64,000 nucleotides of DNA, from positions 138 to 64,137 of the forward strand of contig JBGASK010000004.1 in the NCBI GenBank assembly GCA_044229785.1, given 5' to 3'. This document shows positions 36,569-47,261 of this stretch, piece by piece; the stretch's first letter is position 1; every line of letters starts with the position of its first letter. The DNA is from Ahniellaceae bacterium. Its GTDB lineage: Bacteria > Pseudomonadota > Gammaproteobacteria > Xanthomonadales > Ahniellaceae. Position numbers and translations under genes: made by a program. The notes under the pieces are model-generated. The model was not told where the DNA came from. It ran no database searches and saw nothing but the letters and a program-made list of their open reading frames with translations.

Positions 36569-37411
36569 TCACCCGTTGCCGACAATGAACTCGCGAATGC
36601 GCGCGGCGATGGGTGCCGGATCTTTCATCCACGAGAAATGCGTGGCCACGGCGGACTCGAAATCCGTCGGGACCAGATGGTGGCGTTGCGTTTTTGCGTT
36701 CGGCAGGCGCGCGACGAGGGCGTTGAAGGATGAGGGTGGGGCGAAGCGGTCGTCGCGGAGGTGGATGGCAAGCAGCGGGTGCGTGCGTGTGCGCAGTTCG
36801 GCGTCAAGATCGCCTTCGGGCCAGGCGTGGCGGTAACGACCGCGAAGGCCGCTGCGGATCCAGTCGTGGATGACCGAGCGCGCTTCGTTGCCGGCGAAGG
36901 CGGTGCGGCGGCCGGGGAAATAGCCGAACACGTCTGCCAGCAATCGAAACCACGTGAACACGAGCAGCAGCAAGGGTTGTTGCCACCACGGAAAACTGCG
37001 CCAGTACGGCGTGCCGCTGGCGACGATGACGACACCCGCCAGACTGGGGTCGCGGGCCAGAGCAAGTGCCGCGAATTGGGCGCCCAGGCTGTGTCCGCCG
37101 ATCCACACGCGTGCATCGGGATGCTTCGCGCGCAACGCGGCGATGCCGTCGCGGATGTCGGCGAGCAGGTCGCGATACCGCCAGTCGATGCCGCGGCGCG
37201 CGCGCAGGCTGCTCGATCCGGCGCCGCGCCATTCGTGACGGGCGAGGCCGATGCCTTCGATCGCCAGCAACTCGGCGAAACGCGCGTAGTGGCGTGCGGT
37301 CACCCCGAGCGCCGGCAGCCAGTACAGGAACTCGCCCCGCGTCGACCGGTGCACGATCAGTTCCGCCATTGCGCTGTCGCGCGCGGCGACGTGCAGGATT
37401 TCCGGCGTCAT
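36569..37411 (-). CDS. Alpha/beta-fold hydrolase
   Basis: Nucleophile elbow GGHSLG at the expected position. 280 aa. The start overlaps the yjdF-like stop (ATGA). Confidence 0.78.
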   Translation of the reverse strand: MTPEILHVAARDSAMAELIVHRSTRGEFLYWLPALGVTARHYARFAELLAIEGIGLARHEWRGAGSSSLRARRGIDWRYRDLLADIRDGIAALRAKHPDARVWIGGHSLGAQFAALALARDPSLAGVVIVASGTPYWRSFPWWQQPLLLLVFTWFRLLADVFGYFPGRRTAFAGNEARSVIHDWIRSGLRGRYRHAWPEGDLDAELRTRTHPLLAIHLRDDRFAPPSSFNALVARLPNAKTQRHHLVPTDFESAVATHFSWMKDPAPIAARIREFIVGNG

Positions 37412-38040
37412 CGTTTCAGGCCGAGTTCGCGATCATGTTGTCGCGACAGCAGCAGTTGCGACAGCATCGCGCCGCACATCGCCAGGAACATGTCCCACTG
37501 CGTGTCCCAGATGTCGCCCTGGGTGGCGAGGAAGGCTTCCGCCTTGCCGCCCATGATCACTGCCGACCACCACTCGATCATCTCGAAGAAGGCGCTGAAC
37601 GCGAGCGCGCAACTCAGGCACAGGTAGAACAGCCAGCCACCCGGCTTCAGCCCCGTTTTCCGCAACAACAACTCGCGCGCCAGGATGGCCGGCACGAAAC
37701 CCTGCGCGAAATGACCGAGGCGGTCGTAGTGGTTGCGCGACAGATCGAGCCAGTCGCGCACCCAGTCGCCGAGCGGCACCTTCGCATACGTGTAGTGCCC
37801 GCCAAGCACAAGGATGCCGGCATGGATCACGAGCAGCACGCACAGCAATCGCGTCAGCGGGAACCGCGACCACGCCAGCAGCACCAGCGGCAGGCCGAGC
37901 ACGACCCAGATCACTTCCATCCACCAGGTCAGGCGATCGGTCGGATGGATGCCGGATGCGACCAGCATGGCCAGCGTGACGGCAATGAGGGCCGGACCGA
38001 GCGTGCGGCCGGGCGTCTTGCGGGGTGAACCGAGCAGCAT
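37408..38040 (-). CDS. DUF2238-family inner membrane protein (YjdF-like)
   Basis: 210 aa and polytopic. The motifs NHYDRLGHFAQGF and EWWSA are recalled as DUF2238 features. Confidence 0.7.
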   Translation of the reverse strand: MLLGSPRKTPGRTLGPALIAVTLAMLVASGIHPTDRLTWWMEVIWVVLGLPLVLLAWSRFPLTRLLCVLLVIHAGILVLGGHYTYAKVPLGDWVRDWLDLSRNHYDRLGHFAQGFVPAILARELLLRKTGLKPGGWLFYLCLSCALAFSAFFEMIEWWSAVIMGGKAEAFLATQGDIWDTQWDMFLAMCGAMLSQLLLSRQHDRELGLKR

Positions 38041-38145
38041 CGAACTCTCCAGCGGGACGCGCGATTGTGCAGCCGGCGCGCGCGTCGTCCAAGGGTGGCG
38101 GCGCCGCTACACTGCAACGCAACGCGTCCGCCCGGACGTGACCGA

Positions 38146-38826
38146 ATGCACGAAGCCGCGATGTCGCACAGCACGCCCTACGGACTCGACGCTGCCGAAC
38201 TCGACGAGTTGCACGACTATCTGGTCGCGCACCCGGGACCGGACGGCCTGATGCTGGACGGCGTGCACGGGTTGTTGTCGGCCGTCGTCGCCGGGCCGGA
38301 GCCGGTGCCGGCCAGCGAATGGCTGCCGCATGTGATCGACGAGGAAACCGGCTTCGACGATGCCGATCAGGCCAACCGCATCCTCAGCCTGCTGGTGCGT
38401 CTGTACAACTCGGTGGTGCAGGAACTGGAAGCGCTGACCTACGAACCGATCTTCGGCGAATACGAGGACGAGGACGGCGGCGCCGACCTGGCCGCGGTCG
38501 GCTGGTGCGAAGGTTTCAGCATCGGCATCGACCTGCGCGGCCCGGTCTGGGAAGCGCGCATGAGCGGCGATCCGCGGCTGATGGACCTGCTCGATCCGAT
38601 CATCCGCATCTCCGCCGACGAAGGCCTGTTCGAATCCGACACCACCGAACAGCTCGCCGAACTCGACGACGACGAACGCGAACAGCTGCTGCGCGCCGTT
38701 GGCGGCGCCGTCGCCGACGTCCAGCAATATTGGCGCGAACAACCACCCACCCCCGACGAGGGCACCAACCCCGACCCGCAACCCAAACCCGTCCTCCGCC
38801 GCCGCGCCGGGCGCTGGGTGCATTGA
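38146..38826 (+). CDS. UPF0149 (YecA N-terminal-like) family protein
   Basis: LDELHDYL....GLMLDGVHGLLSAVVAGPEP.PASEWL and the WCEGFSIG block. The start is either MHEAAM (38146) or MSHS (38161). No SEC-C zinc motif at the C-terminus. Confidence 0.65.
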   Translation: MHEAAMSHSTPYGLDAAELDELHDYLVAHPGPDGLMLDGVHGLLSAVVAGPEPVPASEWLPHVIDEETGFDDADQANRILSLLVRLYNSVVQELEALTYEPIFGEYEDEDGGADLAAVGWCEGFSIGIDLRGPVWEARMSGDPRLMDLLDPIIRISADEGLFESDTTEQLAELDDDEREQLLRAVGGAVADVQQYWREQPPTPDEGTNPDPQPKPVLRRRAGRWVH

Positions 38827-38829
38827 GCC

Positions 38830-39222
38830 GTGACCATGCATCGAAGCCAGCTTGCCGGATTCATCATCGATTGCCGTACCGACGACCTGCCGCAGGCCGC
38901 GGCATTCTGGGGCGCGGCCTTGGGCATGGCGGTGCGGGCGCTGCCGGGCGAGGAAGGCGAGAAGTACGTGCGTCTGATCGATCCGGCCGAGCGCTTGCAT
39001 GTCGAGGTGCAGAAGGTCGAGCACGACAGCCGCGTGCATCTCGACATCGAGACCGACGATGTCGACGCGGAAGTGAAGCGGCTCGAAGCGCTCGGTGCGG
39101 GCGTCGTGAAGCGCGTGCATACCTGGTGCGTGATGCAGGCGCCGACCGGCCAGCGCTTCTGCGTGGTGCGCGCCGGCTCGAAGGAATTCGCCGAGCGCGC
39201 CAATCGCTGGCCGTCGCCCTGA
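38830..39222 (+). CDS. VOC/glyoxalase-like domain protein
   Basis: 130 aa. The pattern L.GFIIDC.TDDL..AAAFW..ALG...HLDIETDD.DAEV.RLEALGA is typical of glyoxalase-like small proteins. Confidence 0.65.
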   Translation: MTMHRSQLAGFIIDCRTDDLPQAAAFWGAALGMAVRALPGEEGEKYVRLIDPAERLHVEVQKVEHDSRVHLDIETDDVDAEVKRLEALGAGVVKRVHTWCVMQAPTGQRFCVVRAGSKEFAERANRWPSP

Positions 39223-39237
39223 CCGAAGGACGCCGGC

Positions 39238-41313
39238 TCAGGCGAGTGCGATGCGTTCGCGCTTGAACGGCACCGCGTCGAGGTCGACCTCGGGTTCGTC
39301 GAAGGCGCGTGCGGCCTTGTGGCCGGAATACACGGCAGCGGCCACCGTGCCGGGCGCGAACACATCGCCGACACAGTGCACTTCGCGCACGCCGGCATCG
39401 GCCCATTCCGGCGCGCGCGTCATCAGCGCCTGATACAGCGCATCGTCGGGATCGCGCATCGTCACCGGCAACAGCGTCTTCGCTTCGATGATCGTGCTCG
39501 GCCCACCGTAGATGCCGTCGAGTTCGATGCGCAGATCGCCGCCTCCGGCGCTTGCCGCCGCGATCTCGCATTGCGCATGGATTTGCACGCCGAGCTCGAT
39601 CAGGCGGCGCTGAACGCGCGACTGTTCCATCGTCTGTTCGGTCCACTCCGAGACCTTCGCCGCGGGCGTCACGTAATGCACGGTCACGCCGTCGCGGGCA
39701 TATCGCTCGGCCAGCGCGCCGGCGAGCACATAGTGGTCGTCGTCGTAGATCACCAGCGGTCCGGTCGCCGCGGCGCCGCGCAAGGCGGCGTCGGGCGACA
39801 GCACCTGCGATTGCACCTCGGCCAGGATCGATCGCCGATGCGTGCGCCCGACGCCGTCCGTGCGCCAATGCGCGCCGGTGGCGAGGAAGATCGCGGATGC
39901 GCCGAAGGCGAGGGCATCGTCGGCCGACACCGCACCGCCGCGCAAGAGCTGCACGTTCGGCATCTTCGCGATCGCGAGCAGGCGATGGTCGGCGACCCGT
40001 TGCCAGGTCGCGAGGCCGGGCAGTTTCGCTTCGAAGCGCAGTCGTCCGCCTGCGGTATCGGCCGCATCGCAGAGCATCACCTCGTAACCACGCTGGCCGA
40101 GCGCGCGCGTCAGTTCCAGTCCGGCCGGGCCGGCACCGACGACGAGCACGCTGCGCTGGCTGCGCTTCGGCGCGATGCGTTCCGGATGCCAGTCGCGCCG
40201 CCATTCCTCGCCCATGGTGGGGTTTTGGGTGCAGCGAATCGGCACGCTGTAGTTGTCGCCGGTGACGCAGATGTTGCAGCCGATGCATTCGCGGATCGCG
40301 TCGAGTTGTCCGGTCTCGATCTTCTTCGGCAGGAACGGGTCGGCGATCGACGGACGCGCGGCACCGATCAGGTCCATCAGGCCCGACTTGATCACCCGCA
40401 CCATTGCATCCGGCGAGGTGTAGCGACCGACACCGACCACCGGCTTCGTCGTCAGCACCTTCAGTTCGCGCAGATAAGGTTCCTGGAAACCTTCGGCCGA
40501 GAAGCGTGCAGTCTGGCTGTCGTTGCTCCAGTCGGCGATGTTCACGTCCCAGAGGTCGGGCAGTTCGGCGAGCAGGGCGATCGCGTCGCGGCCTTCGTTC
40601 TCCGCGGTCAGGCCGTCGGGACCAAGCAGTTGATCGACGGCGAGTCGGACCACGACGCCGCAGCGATCGCCGACCGCATCCTTGGTGTCCTCGATCAGCT
40701 CGCGCAGCAGGCGTGCGCGGTTTTCCAGCGAACCGCCGTATTCGTCGCTGCGCTGGTTCGTGCGCCGCGACAGGAAATGCAGGGGCATGCCGAGGTCGTG
40801 GCCGGCGTAGACGTAGACGAGATCGAAGCCGGCATCACGCGCGCGCAACGCGGCATTGCGATGCCAGCGGCGCACATTGGCGATGTCGCGTTTGGTCGCT
40901 GTGCGGGCCTGGATCGGATCGTAGGCGCGCACCGGGATGTGCGAGGGCGCGATCGGAATCTCGCGGCTGTAGCGGTTCGGCGTGGCATGGCCGTTGAACA
41001 TCAGTTCGATCGCGGCCAGCGCGCCGTGTTCGTGCACGGCGTCGGTCATGCGCCGCAGGGCCGGGATGTCGGTCTCGTCCCAGAGCCGGCCTTCGTGATG
41101 GGGCGCGATTTCCGACAGCGGCGAAATCTCGACTTCCTCGGTCGCGACCACGCCCCAACCGCCCTCGGCCTTGATGCCGCGCATGCGCGCCAGCGTCTGC
41201 GGATAGGCATGGCCCATGCCGTTGCAATGCGGCACCTGATAGAACCGATTCTTCGTCCGCACCGGACCGATCCGCACCGGCTCGAACAACAGGTCGTAAC
41301 GGGGATCGCGCAT
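39238..41313 (-). CDS. Two-domain flavoenzyme: Old-Yellow-Enzyme-like TIM barrel plus FAD/NAD(P)-binding domain (2,4-dienoyl-CoA reductase / trimethylamine dehydrogenase family)
   Basis: N-terminal FEPVRIGPVRTKNRFYQVPH, Fe-S ligand block CIGCNICV, and Rossmann motif VLVVGAGPAGLE. 691 aa. Confidence 0.85.
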   Translation of the reverse strand: MRDPRYDLLFEPVRIGPVRTKNRFYQVPHCNGMGHAYPQTLARMRGIKAEGGWGVVATEEVEISPLSEIAPHHEGRLWDETDIPALRRMTDAVHEHGALAAIELMFNGHATPNRYSREIPIAPSHIPVRAYDPIQARTATKRDIANVRRWHRNAALRARDAGFDLVYVYAGHDLGMPLHFLSRRTNQRSDEYGGSLENRARLLRELIEDTKDAVGDRCGVVVRLAVDQLLGPDGLTAENEGRDAIALLAELPDLWDVNIADWSNDSQTARFSAEGFQEPYLRELKVLTTKPVVGVGRYTSPDAMVRVIKSGLMDLIGAARPSIADPFLPKKIETGQLDAIRECIGCNICVTGDNYSVPIRCTQNPTMGEEWRRDWHPERIAPKRSQRSVLVVGAGPAGLELTRALGQRGYEVMLCDAADTAGGRLRFEAKLPGLATWQRVADHRLLAIAKMPNVQLLRGGAVSADDALAFGASAIFLATGAHWRTDGVGRTHRRSILAEVQSQVLSPDAALRGAAATGPLVIYDDDHYVLAGALAERYARDGVTVHYVTPAAKVSEWTEQTMEQSRVQRRLIELGVQIHAQCEIAAASAGGGDLRIELDGIYGGPSTIIEAKTLLPVTMRDPDDALYQALMTRAPEWADAGVREVHCVGDVFAPGTVAAAVYSGHKAARAFDEPEVDLDAVPFKRERIALA

Positions 41314-41370
41314 GCGGCACCTTCAATCGGGGTGCCGCATTGTAGGAGCGCCGCGTGCGGCGCGATGCGT

Positions 41371-42786
41371 TCAATCGGCCGGCGGCGGCCCATCCCAACC
41401 GCCGCCGAGCGCCTTGAACACGGCGATCAGGCTGGTGGCGGCTTCGGTATGCGCCTGGATCAGGCTGTCTTCGGCGGCGAGGCGGGCGCGGTCGGCGTCG
41501 AGCACGCTGAGGAAGTCGGTCAGGCCGTTCTCGTAACGCAGGCGTGCGAGCCGCGCGGCTTCCGCGGATGCGGCCGCCGCACGTTCGAGATGATCGCGCG
41601 CAATCGCACTCTGTTCGTACGCACGCAATGCACCGTCGGCGTCTTCCAGCGCGAGCAGCACGGCCTGTTCGTAACCCGCGATCGCCGCTTCGTGGCGCGC
41701 GCGTTCGACGCCGACGTTCGCGAGTACCCGCGGCAGGTCGAAGGCCGCCCACTGCAGTTGCGGCGCGAAGCTCCAGCGACCGGTGCCGCTGTCGCCGAGA
41801 TCGCCGCTGCCGGTTGCCGCGGTGCCGACGCCGCCAAGGAAGAAGACGCGCGGGAACAGTTCGGCCAATCGATAGCCGATCATCGCGCTGCGCCCGGCGA
41901 GTTCGCGTTCGGCCGCAAGGATGTCGGGACGACGACGCAGCAGATCGGCCGGCGTGCCGACCGGCACCAGATCCGGCAGCGTGTGCAAGGCTTCGACGGC
42001 GGCGAGACGCTCTTGCAGCGCCTGCGGGGTGCGTCCGGTCAGCACCGCGATGCGATAGGACGTGCGCGTGATCGCGGTGTCGATGCGCGGCACCGCTGCC
42101 TGCGTGCTTTCGTATTGCGCGATCGCGCGCTGCAAGTCGAGTTCGCTGCTGCGACCGGCATCGACGCTGGCCCGGGCGATGTCGAGCGCGGCCTTCTGGC
42201 CGTCGGCATTCTTCAGCACCACGTCGCGGCGCGCCTGCAAGCCGCGCAGTTCGAAATAGTTGCGCGCCACTTCCGCGGTGACCGCAACCTGCGTGCCCCA
42301 CAGATTGGCGATGGCGGCGTCGCGGAACGCGTTCTGGGCCTGCACGCCGCGCATGCCGCGACCGAACAGACTGACCTCCCAGCTGGCGTCGAAACCGACG
42401 TCGTAGAAATCGCCGCGCAACTGGTCGGCCGGCGCGCCCGGCATTTCCTCGGGCGAGCGCTTGGAGCGATCGCGCTTGCCGGTGGCGGTGACGACCGGGA
42501 ACAGATCGCTCAACGCGGCGCGGCGGCTGGCGCGGGTTTCGCCAAGCCGCGCCTGGGCGATGCGCAGATCGTGGTTCGCGGCCAGCGCGTCGTCGATGAG
42601 CGCCTTCAGCGTCGCGTCCGGGAACGCGTCCCAGTAGTGCGCGAGCACCTCGCCTTGTTGCAGGCCGGCGGCATCTGCATGCGCGAACTGTTCCGGCACG
42701 ACCGAATCCGGGCGCACGTAATCGGGGCCGAGCATGCAGCCGCTCAGCGCGAACGCGACGGCGAGACCGAGCAGGGCGTTACGCAT
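41371..42786 (-). CDS. RND efflux outer-membrane factor lipoprotein (NodT/OprM family)
   Basis: Lipobox LSGC, two coiled-coil repeat halves, and an 8-nt overlap with the RND pump gene. Confidence 0.9.
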   Translation of the reverse strand: MRNALLGLAVAFALSGCMLGPDYVRPDSVVPEQFAHADAAGLQQGEVLAHYWDAFPDATLKALIDDALAANHDLRIAQARLGETRASRRAALSDLFPVVTATGKRDRSKRSPEEMPGAPADQLRGDFYDVGFDASWEVSLFGRGMRGVQAQNAFRDAAIANLWGTQVAVTAEVARNYFELRGLQARRDVVLKNADGQKAALDIARASVDAGRSSELDLQRAIAQYESTQAAVPRIDTAITRTSYRIAVLTGRTPQALQERLAAVEALHTLPDLVPVGTPADLLRRRPDILAAERELAGRSAMIGYRLAELFPRVFFLGGVGTAATGSGDLGDSGTGRWSFAPQLQWAAFDLPRVLANVGVERARHEAAIAGYEQAVLLALEDADGALRAYEQSAIARDHLERAAAASAEAARLARLRYENGLTDFLSVLDADRARLAAEDSLIQAHTEAATSLIAVFKALGGGWDGPPPAD

Positions 42787-45700
42787 GAGTGGTCTCCGGC
42801 GGTGTCGAGTCGTGGCGGGTCGCGAACTTGCGGATCACGACGTAGAACACCGGCGTGAAGAACAGGCCGAAGAAGGTCACGCCGAGCATGCCGGCGAACA
42901 CGGTCACGCCCATCACATGGCGCACTTCCTCGCCCGCGCCGTGCGCGAACACCAGCGGCAGCACGCCGGCGATGAAGGCGAAGCTGGTCATCAGGATCGG
43001 ACGCAGGCGCAGGCGGCAGGCTTCGATCGCCGCATCGACGATGCCAAGGCCCTGTTCCTCGAGATCGCGGGCGAACTCGACGATCAGGATGGCGTTCTTG
43101 CAGGCGAGGCCCATCAGCACCACCAGACCGATCTGGGTGAAGATGTTGTTGTCGATCATGACCAACCCCAGCGACGCGCCCAGCGCGGTGCCGCCGAGTG
43201 CATTCAACAACCAGATGCCGCCGACCGCCGACAGCATGCACATCGGCACGATCAGAATGACCGAAAGCGGCAACGACCAGCTTTCGTACAAGGCCGCGAG
43301 CACCAGATAGACCAGCAGCACGCAGATCGGGAACACCAGCAGGCCCATCCGCCCCTGCGTCACCTCCTGGTAGGTCAGGCCGGTCCATTCGACCTGCATG
43401 CCCTGGGGCAGGACGGACGCGGCGAGGCCGCGCATCGCCTCGATCGCCTGATGGCTCGACAACACGGCCGGATTGATGCCGGCGGTGAGGTCGGCCGCCG
43501 GATAACCGTTGTAGCGAACGACCGGATCGGGTCCGAAGCTCGACGTGATGTCGACGACCGAACCGATCGGCACCATGCCGCCGGCGGCATTGCGCACCTT
43601 GATGCGGGCGATGTCGGCGACATCGTCGCGGAAAGGCGCATCGGCCTGCGCGTAGACGCTGTAGGTGCGTCCGAACAGATTGAAGTCGTTCACGTAGGCC
43701 GAGCCGAGATAGACCTGCAGCGCCGCGTAGATGTCGGTCAACGCGAGTCCCTGCTCCTTTGCGCGGACGCGATCGACGTGGGCGTCGAGTTGCGGCACGT
43801 TCGCCTGGAAGCTGGAATAGGTCGTCATCGGATCGAATCCGGCGGCACCCCGCAAGGCATTGGCGAGCGCCTGCGTCTGCTGGTCGAGATCGCCGTAGCC
43901 GGCCCCGGCGCGATCCTGCACATAGGCTTCGACGCCGGACGAGTTGCCGAGGCCGAGCACCGGCGGCGGCGTGGCCGAGAACGCAAGGCCATCCTGGATC
44001 GACGCGAATTTCCCGTTCAACATGTTGTTGATTTCGATCGCGGTGATATCGCGTTCGTGCTGCGGCTTGAGGCCCACGAACATCAGGCCGGTATTGCTGG
44101 TGTTGACGAAGTGCGCGCCATTGAGGCCCGGGAACTGCACGACGTCGGCGACACCCGGAGTCGCCAGCGCCATCTCGCCCATGCGCTCTATCGCCGCTTC
44201 GGTCCGCGGCAGGGTCGCGCCTTCGGGCAGGAACACCACGGCGAACAGGTACTGCTTGTCCTGCTGCGGGATGAAACCGGCCTGTACCCGCGAGAACGCG
44301 AGCACGGTCAGTCCGATCAGGAACACGTACAGCACGATCAATCGCGGCGCGCGCGCGATCGTGCCGCCGATGCGATTCGAATAACGCGCGCTGGCGCGGC
44401 CGAAGCGGCGATTGAAGCCGTCGAAGAACGGTCCGAACAGGCGATGCAACACGCGTCCGGGGGCATCGCGCGGGGCACCATGCGGTTGCAGCAAGACCGC
44501 GGCAAGCGCCGGCGACAACGTCAACGAATTGAACGCCGAGATCAGCACCGACGCCGCGATCGTCACCGCGAACTGGCTGTAGAACTGCCCCGACACGCCG
44601 CCGATGAAGGCGAGCGGGATGAACACGCTGGCCAGCACCAGCGAGATCGCGATGATCGGTCCGGACACTTCCTGCATCGCCTTGTGCGCGGCCTCGCGCG
44701 GCGTCATGCCGTCCTGGATGTGGCGTTCGACGTTCTCGACGACGACGATGGCGTCGTCGACGACGATGCCGATCGCGAGCACCAGTGCGAACAGGGTCAG
44801 CACATTGATCGAGTAGCCGAGCAGCCACAGCACCGCAAACGTGCCGACGATCGATACCGGCACGGCGAGCAGCGGAATGATCGACGCACGCCAGGTCTGC
44901 AGAAACACGACGACGACGAGCACGACCAGCGCGACCGCTTCAAGCAAGGTCGTCACGACCGAGTCGATCGACTGGCGCACGAACACCGTCGGATCGTAGG
45001 CCACTTCCCATTCGACCCCTTCCGGGAACCCGCGTTCGAGTTCGGCCATCTTCGCGCGCACGGCGTTCGACAGCTCGATCGTGTTCGCTCCGGGCGCCTG
45101 GAAGATCACGATCGCGGCCGCTTCCTTGTTGTTCAGCAGCGAATTGATCGTGTACGTGTTCGCGCCGAGCTCGACGCGCGCCACGTCCTTGAGCCGCGTG
45201 ATGTCGCCCTGGCCGCCGCTTTTCAGCACGATGTCGCCGAATTCTTCGGGGCTGCTCAGGCGGCCTTGGGCGTTGATCGAGAACTGCATCGGGCTGTCCG
45301 GATGCGGCGCCCCGCCGATGGTGCCGGCCGAGACCTGGACGTTCTGTTCGCGGATGGCGTTGACCACGTCGGTCGCGGTCAGTTCGCGTGCCGCGACCTT
45401 GTCCGGATCGATCCAGACGCGCATCGCATAGGCGCCGGCGCCGAACGCCTGGGCCTGGCCGACGCCCTGCAGGCGCGCGAGTTCGTCGCGGACGCGCAGG
45501 TTGGCGAAGTTGCTCAGATACAGCCCGTCGTAGCGGCCGTCCTTGGAGACGAGGTGCACGACCATGGTGATGTTCGGCGACGACTTCACCGTCGTCACGC
45601 CGAGCTGGCGCACCGCTTCGGGCAGTCGTGGCACTGCCTGCGCGACGCGATTCTGCACCTGCATCGCGGCCAGGTCGATGTCGACGCCGCTGCGGAAGGT

Positions 45701-45991
45701 CACCGTGAGCATCATCGTGCCGTCGGAACCGGCCGACGACTTCATGTAGATCATGCCTTCGACGCCGTTGACCGCTTCTTCGATCGGGGCCGCGACGGTG
45801 TCGGCAATCGTTTTCGGATTCGCGCCCGGATAGATCGCCGTCACTTGCACCGAGGGCGGCACCACGTCCGGGTATTCGCTGATCGGCAGGTTCGGGATCG
45901 CCACCGTGCCGGCCAGGAACACCAGCAGCGACAACACCGCTGCCAGGATCGGCCGGTCGACGAAGATCTTGGAGAAATCGGAGTGCGCCAT
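42779..45991 (-). CDS. RND multidrug efflux permease (AcrB/MexB family)
   Basis: Start at MAHSDFSKIFVDRPILAAVLSL. About 1070 aa with typical 12-TM / large-loop architecture and conserved blocks (VVENVER, GIVVDDAIV). Confidence 0.93.
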   Translation of the reverse strand: MAHSDFSKIFVDRPILAAVLSLLVFLAGTVAIPNLPISEYPDVVPPSVQVTAIYPGANPKTIADTVAAPIEEAVNGVEGMIYMKSSAGSDGTMMLTVTFRSGVDIDLAAMQVQNRVAQAVPRLPEAVRQLGVTTVKSSPNITMVVHLVSKDGRYDGLYLSNFANLRVRDELARLQGVGQAQAFGAGAYAMRVWIDPDKVAARELTATDVVNAIREQNVQVSAGTIGGAPHPDSPMQFSINAQGRLSSPEEFGDIVLKSGGQGDITRLKDVARVELGANTYTINSLLNNKEAAAIVIFQAPGANTIELSNAVRAKMAELERGFPEGVEWEVAYDPTVFVRQSIDSVVTTLLEAVALVVLVVVVFLQTWRASIIPLLAVPVSIVGTFAVLWLLGYSINVLTLFALVLAIGIVVDDAIVVVENVERHIQDGMTPREAAHKAMQEVSGPIIAISLVLASVFIPLAFIGGVSGQFYSQFAVTIAASVLISAFNSLTLSPALAAVLLQPHGAPRDAPGRVLHRLFGPFFDGFNRRFGRASARYSNRIGGTIARAPRLIVLYVFLIGLTVLAFSRVQAGFIPQQDKQYLFAVVFLPEGATLPRTEAAIERMGEMALATPGVADVVQFPGLNGAHFVNTSNTGLMFVGLKPQHERDITAIEINNMLNGKFASIQDGLAFSATPPPVLGLGNSSGVEAYVQDRAGAGYGDLDQQTQALANALRGAAGFDPMTTYSSFQANVPQLDAHVDRVRAKEQGLALTDIYAALQVYLGSAYVNDFNLFGRTYSVYAQADAPFRDDVADIARIKVRNAAGGMVPIGSVVDITSSFGPDPVVRYNGYPAADLTAGINPAVLSSHQAIEAMRGLAASVLPQGMQVEWTGLTYQEVTQGRMGLLVFPICVLLVYLVLAALYESWSLPLSVILIVPMCMLSAVGGIWLLNALGGTALGASLGLVMIDNNIFTQIGLVVLMGLACKNAILIVEFARDLEEQGLGIVDAAIEACRLRLRPILMTSFAFIAGVLPLVFAHGAGEEVRHVMGVTVFAGMLGVTFFGLFFTPVFYVVIRKFATRHDSTPPETTHA

Positions 45992-45995
45992 GGGC

Positions 45996-47174
45996 TCAGC
46001 CCTTGCCCTTGGCCGCCGCGGCCGGCGCCTCGACGATGGTGTTCGGGGCGTCCATCGGCACGTCGACGGGCTGCAGCGGCGCACCCGGGAAGAAGATCTT
46101 CTTCATGCCGTTGACGACGACGCGGTCGCCGCTCTTGAGTCCGGATTCGACGATGCGCAGGCCTTCGACCGCGGCCCCGAGGGTCACGTCGCGACGTTCG
46201 GCCGCGTTCTTGGCGCCGACCACGTAGACGAACTTGCGGTCCTGATCGGTCAACACCGCCTGGTCGTGGATCAGCAGGGCCGCGCGCTGGCCGGAACCGA
46301 GCAGTTGCACGCGCGCGAACAGGCCGGGCGTGAACACGCCGCCCGGATTCGCGAGCACCGCGCGCGCACGGATGGTGCCGGTGGCCGGATCGAGCGCGTT
46401 GTCGAGGAAGTCCATGTGGCCCTCGTGCGGGAAGCCGGTTTCGTTTGCCAGACCGACACGCACCGGATTCTGCGCCTCGCGCGAACTCGGGCGGGTGCCG
46501 GCACGCGCCATCGCCTGATAACGCAGGTAGGCGCGTTCATCGCCCTGGAACACCACGTGCACCGGATCGATCGACACGACCGTGGTCAGCAGCGATTCGC
46601 CCGGCGCGACCAGGTTGCCGGGCTTGATCAAGGCCGCGCCGGCGCGGCCGCCGATCGGCGCCGTGACCCGCGTGAACGACAGGTTGAGGCTGGCCTGGTC
46701 CAGGCGCGCCGCGGCCGAGAGCTGGTCGGCCTTGGCCTGCTTCAATTCGGCGTGGCGGGCTTCGGCTTCGCCCTGCGAGATCGCCTTGGCCTTGACCAGG
46801 CGGTCGGCGCGGGCGGCTTCCTGCTGCGCCAGCTGCACGCGCGAATCGGCACGGGCCACATCGGCGCGCGCAGTCGCCTCGGCAGCGCGGTATTCGCGAT
46901 CGTCGATGGTGAACAGCAGGTCGCCCTTCGCGACCGAACCGCCTTCAGCGAAATGCACGCCGGCCAGATAACCGGTGACGCGCGGACGGATCTCGACGGC
47001 GTCGATGGCTTCGGTGCGGCCGGTGTATTCGTCCCATTCGGCGACATCGCGTTCGACCACGGCCGCGACGTTCACCGGCGTCGGCGGCATCTGCATGCCC
47101 GCACCGCCGCCCTTGCCGCCGCCACACGCCGCCAGGCCGAGCACGGCCAGCACCATCCATCCACGCCAATTCAT
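45996..47174 (-). CDS. RND efflux membrane-fusion (periplasmic adaptor) protein
   Basis: Start MNWRGWMVLAVLGLAAC (lipobox). Contains the IRPRVTGYL and FTRVTAPIGGR motifs. 392 aa. Confidence 0.9.
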   Translation of the reverse strand: MNWRGWMVLAVLGLAACGGGKGGGAGMQMPPTPVNVAAVVERDVAEWDEYTGRTEAIDAVEIRPRVTGYLAGVHFAEGGSVAKGDLLFTIDDREYRAAEATARADVARADSRVQLAQQEAARADRLVKAKAISQGEAEARHAELKQAKADQLSAAARLDQASLNLSFTRVTAPIGGRAGAALIKPGNLVAPGESLLTTVVSIDPVHVVFQGDERAYLRYQAMARAGTRPSSREAQNPVRVGLANETGFPHEGHMDFLDNALDPATGTIRARAVLANPGGVFTPGLFARVQLLGSGQRAALLIHDQAVLTDQDRKFVYVVGAKNAAERRDVTLGAAVEGLRIVESGLKSGDRVVVNGMKKIFFPGAPLQPVDVPMDAPNTIVEAPAAAAKGKG

Positions 47175-47210
47175 TCGTCGCTCCCTGGCCGCCGCCGATC
47201 GGGCGGGCAA

Positions 47211-47232
47211 TTGTTCGACGAGTATCGAACAA
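47211..47232. promoter_or_regulatory. 8-bp inverted repeat TTGTTCGA-N6-TCGAACAA between the efflux operon and the ArsR gene; candidate operator
   Basis: Read directly in the 87-bp divergent intergenic region. Confidence 0.35.
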
Positions 47233-47261
47233 AGGATGTACTGGTTGCAAGCACGGAGAGC